Shown here: piece by piece, positions 35,081 to 42,399 of the stretch
Layout of the letters: the number at the start of each line of letters is the position of its first letter
How positions within the stretch are numbered: position 1 is the stretch's first letter
Assembly: GCA_963772835.1 (NCBI GenBank)
Contig: CAVYYZ010000001.1
Span: 128,001 to 192,000 of the forward strand
Source: an uncultured delta proteobacterium
Lineage (GTDB): Bacteria > Desulfobacterota > Desulfuromonadia > Geobacterales > Pseudopelobacteraceae
Direction: 5' to 3'
DNA length: 64,000 nt
The notes under the pieces: model-generated
Told to the model about the DNA's origin: nothing
Database searches by the model: none
The model's input: the letters and a program-made list of their open reading frames with translations, nothing else
Translations under genes and position numbers: made by a program

Positions 35081-35107
35081 TAATTTACATCGGTAAGGAG
35101 TACAGGC

Positions 35108-36664
35108 ATGGCACAGATAACCAGGGCATTGATCAGTGTCTCTGACAAGAGTGGTATTATTGAATTTGCACAGCAGCTGGCTGATTACGGGGTAGAGCTT
35201 CTCTCCACCGGCGGCACCGCAAAACTGCTGCGGGAAGCCGGCTTGACCGTTAAGGATGTTTCAGAGTTTACCGGTTTTCCGGAAATGCTTGACGGCAGGG
35301 TGAAAACGCTGCATCCCAAGGTGCATGGCGGTCTGCTGGGGATGCGCTCTAATCCTGCGCATGTTGCCAAGATGAAGGAACATGGCATAGAGAACATCGA
35401 CATGGTGATAGTAAACCTGTATCCGTTTGAGGCTGCAATTGCCAGGGAAGGGTGCCACCTTGAAGAGGCAATCGAAAATATCGATATCGGTGGCCCGACC
35501 ATGCTTCGCTCGGCTGCCAAAAACTATCCGGATGTAACCGTGCTGGTTGACAGCGCCGACTATGTGCAGGTGCTTGAAGAGATGAAAGCGACGGGCGGCT
35601 CGGTCGCCGCCTCAACCAACTTTGCTCTCGCGGTCAAGGTTTTTCAGCACACAGCTGCCTACGACGGCGCAATATCCAATTACCTGGGGTCTCGACTGAC
35701 CGGTGAAATCCAGAATTATCCTCCGACATTTACTCTGCAGGTCAAAAAGGCCCAGGATCTTCGCTATGGTGAGAACCCTCATCAAACGGCCGCTTTTTAT
35801 GTGGAGAACCGCATCTCGGAACCATGTGTTTCCAATGCCCGCCAGCTTCAGGGTAAAGAATTGTCCTTTAATAATATCATCGATCTTGACGCGGCCATTG
35901 AAACCGTCAAGGAGTTTGAAAAAAGTGCCGCCGTCATCATCAAGCACACCAACCCCTGCGGCGTTGCTCTGGCGGATTCGCCGCTGACCGCCTATCTCAA
36001 GGCGCGTGAATGTGATCCGGTTTCGGCTTTCGGCGGTATCGTCGGGTTCAACCGCACTGTCGATGCAGAGACAGCCAAAGAACTGACCTCCACGTTTTTG
36101 GAGGCGGTCATCGCACCCGGTTATAGTGAAGAGGCTCTGGAAATATTCGCCGCGAAGAAAAATGTACGGGTGATGCAGGTGCCGCTTCTTGACCGTTATG
36201 CTGCTGAAGGATTTGACCTGAAGCGCGTGACCGGCGGACTGCTACTGCAGGGGCGTGATCTGGGGATGATCAATTCTCTTGAATGCCGTGTGGTGACGGA
36301 ACGCATCCCGACTACGTCAGAATACGAAGCGCTCGATTTCGCCTGGCGGGTCTGCAAACATGTTAAATCGAACGCCATTGTCTTTAGTAACTGCGACCAG
36401 ACGGTCGGTATTGGAGCCGGCCAGATGTCTCGAGTGGATTCATCCAAGATTGCCGTCCAGAAAGCGCTTCTTCCGACCCGGGGTACGGTGCTGGCCTCGG
36501 ATGCGTTCTTTCCGTTTCGCGACGGCGTAGATGCTGCAGCGGAGGCGGGCGTAACCGCAATCATCCAGACCGGTGGCAGTGTCCGTGACGAAGAGGTTAT
36601 TAAAGCGGCCAACGAACATGGAATAGCCATGCTGTTCACTTCCATGAGGCATTTCCGGCACTAG
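35108..36664 (+). CDS. purH: Bifunctional AICAR transformylase/IMP cyclohydrolase
   Basis: [51 protein letters not shown]. Confidence 0.98.
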   Translation: MAQITRALISVSDKSGIIEFAQQLADYGVELLSTGGTAKLLREAGLTVKDVSEFTGFPEMLDGRVKTLHPKVHGGLLGMRSNPAHVAKMKEHGIENIDMVIVNLYPFEAAIAREGCHLEEAIENIDIGGPTMLRSAAKNYPDVTVLVDSADYVQVLEEMKATGGSVAASTNFALAVKVFQHTAAYDGAISNYLGSRLTGEIQNYPPTFTLQVKKAQDLRYGENPHQTAAFYVENRISEPCVSNARQLQGKELSFNNIIDLDAAIETVKEFEKSAAVIIKHTNPCGVALADSPLTAYLKARECDPVSAFGGIVGFNRTVDAETAKELTSTFLEAVIAPGYSEEALEIFAAKKNVRVMQVPLLDRYAAEGFDLKRVTGGLLLQGRDLGMINSLECRVVTERIPTTSEYEALDFAWRVCKHVKSNAIVFSNCDQTVGIGAGQMSRVDSSKIAVQKALLPTRGTVLASDAFFPFRDGVDAAAEAGVTAIIQTGGSVRDEEVIKAANEHGIAMLFTSMRHFRH

Positions 36665-36839
36665 GACACTCCAAGGCATGACTCACGCGGCGATACAACG
36701 ACGCAACGAAAGGCTTCATTTTTTAAAATTTTGGTTAAAACGTCGCGGCGTAGTGTGAAATAAATTAATTTGGTTCCGGCTTTTCGGCTTAGAAATTGTG
36801 CCGTGTTCGTTTAAACAGAAATTATATAGGTGTGAATTT

Positions 36840-38114
36840 ATGAAAATACTTGTAATCGGCGGCGGTGGCCGCGAACATGCCCTGGTCTGGAAAATTGCCC
36901 AGTCGCCGCTCGTAACGAAGCTTTATTGCGCACCGGGAAATCCGGGGACGTCATCACTGGCTGAAAATCTTCCGATTGGTGTCGATCAACTGGATAAGTT
37001 GCTGGCGTTTGCCTATGAAAACAACATAGACCTGACAGTGGTCGGCCCCGAACAGCCGCTTTCACTCGGCATCGTAGACCTGTTTGAATCGCACGGACTC
37101 AAGGTGTTCGGCCCGTCGCAAAAGGCAGCATTTATTGAGGGGAGCAAAGCCTTTTCAAAAGATCTGATGCGGAAGTATAACGTGCCGACAGCTGCTTATG
37201 GTGTGTTTACCGACCAGAGTGAGGCTGAAGCCTTCATCAACCGCACCGGAGCGCCGATCGTGGTCAAAGCCGATGGTCTGGCAGCCGGAAAAGGTGTCAT
37301 TATTGCGCAGACGTGCGAAGAGGCGGTTTCGACCGTTCGCGACATGCTCAGCGGTAATGCCTTCGGGAGTGCCGGTTCCCGTGTTGTCATCGAAGAGTTT
37401 CTGACCGGAGAAGAGGCCTCTTTTCTCGTCATCACCGATGGAAAAAACATCATCCCTCTCGTAAGCGCCCAGGATCATAAAGCTATATTTGATGGTGATC
37501 TGGGCCCTAACACCGGGGGAATGGGTGCCTATTCGCCTGCCCCGGTGGTAACGCAGGCTATTCATGAAATAGCCATGCAGCAGGTGATACGGCCGACCGT
37601 AGACGGGATGGCTGCAGAGGGCCGTCCGTATCGCGGAGTGCTGTATGCCGGCTTAATGGTGAAGGACGGCGAAGTTAAGACCCTCGAATTTAATGCCCGT
37701 TTTGGTGATCCCGAATGTCAGCCGCTGCTGATGCGTATGAAATCTGACATCGTGCCGGTCCTGCTTGCGGTCGCTGAAGGCGATCTCGGCTCAGTCGCTA
37801 TCGAGTGGCATGACAAGGCCGCTGTCTGCGTCGTTATGGCTACAGAAGGATACCCTGGTGAATACCGGCGGGGGGACAGGATCTCCGGATTAGAACGGGC
37901 TGCAGAGCTGGAGGACCTCTATGTTTTTCATGCAGGAACCGCACAGATAGACGGTTCCTGCGTCACAAACGGGGGCAGGGTTCTTGGCGTTACCGCCCTG
38001 GGAACGACAGTTAAAGACGCGATAACTGCCGCCTATCAGGGAGTTTCATTGATTTCCTGGCAGGGTGCACAGTGCCGCAGTGATATCGGAAAAAAGGCAC
38101 TTGAACGCATGTAG
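36840..38114 (+). CDS. purD: Phosphoribosylamine-glycine ligase
   Basis: GGGGREHAL, KADGLAAGKGV, QDHK, GPNTGGMGAY, EFNARFGDPE. Confidence 0.98.
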   Translation: MKILVIGGGGREHALVWKIAQSPLVTKLYCAPGNPGTSSLAENLPIGVDQLDKLLAFAYENNIDLTVVGPEQPLSLGIVDLFESHGLKVFGPSQKAAFIEGSKAFSKDLMRKYNVPTAAYGVFTDQSEAEAFINRTGAPIVVKADGLAAGKGVIIAQTCEEAVSTVRDMLSGNAFGSAGSRVVIEEFLTGEEASFLVITDGKNIIPLVSAQDHKAIFDGDLGPNTGGMGAYSPAPVVTQAIHEIAMQQVIRPTVDGMAAEGRPYRGVLYAGLMVKDGEVKTLEFNARFGDPECQPLLMRMKSDIVPVLLAVAEGDLGSVAIEWHDKAAVCVVMATEGYPGEYRRGDRISGLERAAELEDLYVFHAGTAQIDGSCVTNGGRVLGVTALGTTVKDAITAAYQGVSLISWQGAQCRSDIGKKALERM

Positions 38115-38153
38115 TCGCACATTAAAACAGATGAAAACAAACCGAGAGGTGAA

Positions 38154-38657
38154 ATGATGGAAATTGAACCGCGTGTACTATTGATGATGGGAAGTGATAC
38201 AGATCTTCCGGTAATGCAGGAAGCTGCCGATATTCTCAGTTCATTCAACATTCCGTACGAAATGCGGATTTCATCGGCGCACCGCTCGCCGGTACGAACG
38301 CTGGCGCTTGCATCAGAGGCAGCCGGCAGGGGTATTAAAGTCATCATTGCCGGTGCAGGAATGGCGGCACATCTGGCAGGAGTTGTCGCTTCCAAGACCA
38401 TTTTGCCCGTTATCGGTGTGCCGATGCCGGGAGGCGCTCTTAATGGAGTGGATGCATTATATGCAACGGTGCAGATGCCGGCCGGTATTCCGGTCGCAAC
38501 AATGGCGATCGGCAGGGCGGGGGCGAAGAACGCCGGCCTTTTTGCCGTTCAGATTCTGGCTCTTTCGGAACCGCATCTGGCCGAATCCGTTATGCGCTAT
38601 AGAGTGGAGATGGATAAAGAGTTGGAACTGAAGGACGCTAACCTGCAGCGCCGGTAG
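38154..38657 (+). CDS. purE: N5-CAIR mutase
   Basis: MGSDTD, SAHRSP, AGAGMAAHLAG, VQMPAGIPVAT. Confidence 0.97.
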   Translation: MMEIEPRVLLMMGSDTDLPVMQEAADILSSFNIPYEMRISSAHRSPVRTLALASEAAGRGIKVIIAGAGMAAHLAGVVASKTILPVIGVPMPGGALNGVDALYATVQMPAGIPVATMAIGRAGAKNAGLFAVQILALSEPHLAESVMRYRVEMDKELELKDANLQRR

Positions 38658-38770
38658 AAGGGCCGCTTCGGCATCTGCGGAATATGATTTATTTTGTTGT
38701 GACAACATAAATGTGGTTGACATTTTCGTGCGGCACGTGGTAGATAACGGTTCGCTTTTGATGGTCCTAT

Positions 38771-38846
38771 TCCCCTTTAGCTCAGTTGGTAGAGCAGGTG
38801 ACTGTTAATCACCTTGTCCGTGGTTCGAGTCCGCGAAGGGGAGCCA
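38771..38846 (+). tRNA. tRNA-Asn (GTT)
   Basis: TCCCCTTTAGCTCAGTTGGTAGAGC...CTGTTAA...GGTTCGAGTCC...GGGGAGCCA. Confidence 0.97.
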
Positions 38847-38853
38847 AAAAGTT

Positions 38854-38889
38854 CAGGCACTTACAAGTTATCTTGTGGGTGCCTTTTTT
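38854..38889 (+). terminator. Intrinsic terminator after tRNA-Asn
   Basis: AGGCACTTACAAG...CTTGTGGGTGCCT followed by a T-tract. Confidence 0.75.
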
Positions 38890-38942
38890 GTGTGAGCCAG
38901 GCATGGCGCGCGGCTGTAAGCGCCATCTGTATAAGTTAAAGG

Positions 38943-40049
38943 CTAAGCGGGAGATATTCTGAGGTTGGTCGGCCCGATAGATATCAGGTCGTTCGGGATA
39001 AGCTGTTTGCTGGTAACCGTCTTGCCGTTAACCTTAGTGCCGTTAGTGCTCGCCAAATCTTCAATTACCAGTATATCCTCTACCAGTTTAAGTTCAGCAT
39101 GCCGTCGCGAAATACGGTGATCGTCCAGTATCACATCACAGCCTTTCCGTCCAATTGTACAGGGAAGTGTTACCGTAAAGCGTTCCCCCTGCAGAGGACC
39201 GGACTCTACCGAGAGTACGAAGCACGGGAGCTTCTGTTTTTGACTGAGAGCCTCGACAAGAACCTTGGCACCATCCGTAGTGGGCATTGTCGTTATTTCT
39301 GTATCCCCCCGGCGTCTGTTCTTTGTAATCCCGGCAGGCAGTGGCTCTATTTCCGGGTCTCTTTTGCGTCTGTTTTTCGGATACCCGATAGAAAAAAGTT
39401 TATCAAGAGAATTTTTGCTAAGCAGGTTTGAGTCCCCTGCCATGGTTGTAACCATGTCACGGAATATGTACGCCTGCACAATCTCTCCCGGCTGGAATGC
39501 GTACAGCAGCATCTCTTCGTCGATGCTCATTCCATCCGGCCGCTTGAACTCCTGATCGGCATAATGAGCAAGCGCCGCTTTTCCTTCCTTGAAAAAGAAG
39601 AAATTTAATTTTTTGTCCCGGCAAAGTGCGATCATTGCATTAGTGCCAGCCTCATCAATCTGCCGGACAATCCGCTCTATATCGATGAAAGCGGTAGGAG
39701 ATTTAACGGCGGGTTCTTCCTGCAGAAAGAGCAGCATGCATTTCAGAAGAACCGGATCCGTTTCGCAGAGGGTAATGGTCATGGACTCTTCGGAGGATTT
39801 TGCCAGATTCTCACCAAATTCCTGTATAGAAAAACCTATCGGTTTGTTGTCTGCAAATCTGCCGGCGGCATAGGGAGCGCCATTAAAGAAAAAGAGAAGA
39901 AGGGAAGGTTCATCGCCTGAGATCTTCAGGTATCCAGTAAAAGGTGGATATACAGTGTAGGCCATCTCCAGCAAACTGTGCAACAATTTACGGGAAAACG
40001 GTTTTTCATCGAAGAGTACGTTCTTTCGAGGAAATTGATAATTTTTCAT
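38943..40049 (-). CDS. Protein with two putative DUF4388/PATAN-like N-terminal units and a C-terminal FHA domain
   Basis: FHA motifs TIGR, ISRRHA, DLASTNGT.VNG, I.IG; N-terminal FTGYLKI...LFFFNG and AMIAL...FFFFKEG. Confidence 0.75.
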   Translation of the reverse strand: MKNYQFPRKNVLFDEKPFSRKLLHSLLEMAYTVYPPFTGYLKISGDEPSLLLFFFNGAPYAAGRFADNKPIGFSIQEFGENLAKSSEESMTITLCETDPVLLKCMLLFLQEEPAVKSPTAFIDIERIVRQIDEAGTNAMIALCRDKKLNFFFFKEGKAALAHYADQEFKRPDGMSIDEEMLLYAFQPGEIVQAYIFRDMVTTMAGDSNLLSKNSLDKLFSIGYPKNRRKRDPEIEPLPAGITKNRRRGDTEITTMPTTDGAKVLVEALSQKQKLPCFVLSVESGPLQGERFTVTLPCTIGRKGCDVILDDHRISRRHAELKLVEDILVIEDLASTNGTKVNGKTVTSKQLIPNDLISIGPTNLRISPA

Positions 40050-40111
40050 ATTTGCGTTATAGCAGGCAGCGGCATTGTTGTCAATTCCCCGGAGGCGTGT
40101 GCTCCTCTTTG

Positions 40112-41164
40112 CTACAGTATGGCGGGTCGGCCGAAGTAAAATCCCTGGGCGAGTTCAAAGCCGATTGCGCTGCATGTTTCAGCTTCGGCACTGCTCTCAA
40201 CTCCTTCTGCCAGTGTGCGGATACCGGCGTCACGTGCCATCCTTACGAGGGTTTCCACCATGGTACGCGAGCATTCCGAACGTTGCTGGATGTTCTGAAT
40301 AAGCCCGATATCAAACTTGACAATGTCAGGAACCGAGTCAAGCAACTCGATCAGACGGGACTGACCAGCTCCAAAATCATCATACACAAGCAACATATCA
40401 AGATCGTTCAGAAGTGACCTCAGACGTTTCATCATGCCGACATTGGTGATCGTGTTCTCATGGAGTTCCATCCCCAGTAGCAAATCCGGTACAGACGCCC
40501 TGAGCTTGTTCAATGACCTGCCCAGACATTCAAGATCCATCTCTTCCGGCAGAGTATTAAAAAGGATCAGCTCTTTCACCCCGAGTTGTGCAGCATATTC
40601 AAGCGCTGTATTCCTGAACAGTTCACTCAATTCGATCGCCCTTTCAAGCCCGCGGGAAATCTGGAACAATTGCACGGGATTTGTCGGGAGGCCATCATAG
40701 GAAATTCTTCCGAGAACCTCGTACCCTGTTAACGTGCCGTCAATGAGAGAAATCACCGGTTGAAAGTGTGGTACAACCGCTTTCAGATCGAGCATCCGTT
40801 CCATATTTTCTGCATCCGGACTGAGCATCTGGGTGCATTCCGAGTCATCGATCTGCTCCACAACTTCGAATCTGATTCCACCAATTGTGATATAGTCGCC
40901 ATGATTAAGAAGGTGATTTTCAGTCAGGCGCCTGCCGTTAACAAAAGTCCCGTTGGTACTGCCGCAATCCGTGATTCTCCAGCCTTCAATCGTTTCATGC
41001 AGTTCTGCATGCTTCCGGGAGACTTCATCCGCCGCCAGAAGGAGGTTCGATCCTTCTTTCCGTCCGATAATAAACGGTGAATGCTCAATAGGAACCACCC
41101 ACAAACTTCCATCCTTAGATTTTCTTTCAAGTCTGATAGGAATACTATTACAGGCTGAAATCAT
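40112..41164 (-). CDS. FHA-EAL c-di-GMP phosphodiesterase
   Basis: FHA: IIGR, VSRKHA, DCGSTNGTFVNG; EAL: FQP, YEVLGR, LFN, ELHE, DDFGAG, KFD, AEGVE, QGFYFGRP. Confidence 0.92.
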   Translation of the reverse strand: MISACNSIPIRLERKSKDGSLWVVPIEHSPFIIGRKEGSNLLLAADEVSRKHAELHETIEGWRITDCGSTNGTFVNGRRLTENHLLNHGDYITIGGIRFEVVEQIDDSECTQMLSPDAENMERMLDLKAVVPHFQPVISLIDGTLTGYEVLGRISYDGLPTNPVQLFQISRGLERAIELSELFRNTALEYAAQLGVKELILFNTLPEEMDLECLGRSLNKLRASVPDLLLGMELHENTITNVGMMKRLRSLLNDLDMLLVYDDFGAGQSRLIELLDSVPDIVKFDIGLIQNIQQRSECSRTMVETLVRMARDAGIRTLAEGVESSAEAETCSAIGFELAQGFYFGRPAIL

Positions 41165-41462
41165 GAATCCTACCCTTGAACTTATTTCTATCGTTAACAG
41201 CTATAACATATGTATGTCAGGGAGCAACGTACAGGTGTTAACTTGGTAGCTGTCTTTCAAGTTGCCTGTGTAACAATGACAGGAATCTAATTATTAGGAA
41301 AGGAAAATAATACATATCGATGAGTGGTGTTTCAACAGTGTCCTAGCCGACCCGGACGTCAGGTATAATCAGGTAACGTCACCTGCCTGCATTAATAACT
41401 TTACCCCGTAATATAAAATTGATAATACTTTCACTGGAAGAACTATAGACGGAGATTGATCT

Positions 41463-42344
41463 ATGTCAACAATTGCATCTCTTGACCTTTCACACTATAT
41501 CGGCACCAATATCGGTACTGTTACCCTGGTCAAAGTACTTGGCCAGGGGTCTATGGGTGCGGTGTTTGTCGGATATCAGTCCACTCTCAAGCGTCAGGTT
41601 GCCGTTAAAATCCTCCCCAAAATAATCGCGAGCAGCGCACGAGCCCAGCAGATGTTTCGCGACGAAGCGGAAACGGTTGGAATACTTACCCACCCGAATA
41701 TTGTACCTGTGTTCGAGATGGGTGAGACCGGCGATTTCTTTTTTCAAGTCATGCAGCTTGTTGTTGGTCAGGACCTGAGATCAATCATCGTCAGGGCGCG
41801 CAAACACCCGGTTCCGACAAAGCGGATTCTCCCGTTACAGGAAACGATCCGGTATGTCTGCCAGGTGCTCGATGCCCTCGGCTATGCTCATGAGGAAGGT
41901 ATCTTTCATCAAGACATCAAACCGGCAAATATTCTTATAGATGACAGATTTAAACGTCCCCTTGTGGCAGATTTCGGCATAGCCCGGACTGTCTGGGCTG
42001 AATACAGCTCGTTGAATATGGTGGTCGGGACACCGCTGTACATGTCACCCGAACAGGCATCTCTTGCATCAGTTGATGGCCGGACTGATATCTACTCCGT
42101 TGGCGTTATTCTCATGGAAATGGCGGCAGGTTTATTGCCGATTCAAAAGGAACCGCTTGCGGATATGATCAAACGCAAGCGCAGCGAGCCGGGCACGTTT
42201 TTTACCTCCCGGCCATCTGAAATCAATCCTTCAATAGACTGCGACCTCGAGGCGATAATTATGAAGGCAATTGAGGCGCATCCCGATAATCGTTATGCCG
42301 ATTGTCTGGAATTTAAAACAGCCCTTGAAGCCTACGTTCGTTAA
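41463..42344 (+). CDS. Soluble Hanks-type Ser/Thr protein kinase (non-RD)
   Basis: LGQGSMGAV, VAVK, HPNIV, HQDIKPANIL, DFG, GTPLYMSPEQ, DIYSVG; no TM or extra domain. Confidence 0.95.
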   Translation: MSTIASLDLSHYIGTNIGTVTLVKVLGQGSMGAVFVGYQSTLKRQVAVKILPKIIASSARAQQMFRDEAETVGILTHPNIVPVFEMGETGDFFFQVMQLVVGQDLRSIIVRARKHPVPTKRILPLQETIRYVCQVLDALGYAHEEGIFHQDIKPANILIDDRFKRPLVADFGIARTVWAEYSSLNMVVGTPLYMSPEQASLASVDGRTDIYSVGVILMEMAAGLLPIQKEPLADMIKRKRSEPGTFFTSRPSEINPSIDCDLEAIIMKAIEAHPDNRYADCLEFKTALEAYVR

Positions 42345-42399
42345 GGTGTATTGAACCAGCCTGGTTGTTGTTAAATTTAATACTGGGACGTGACCTGAT

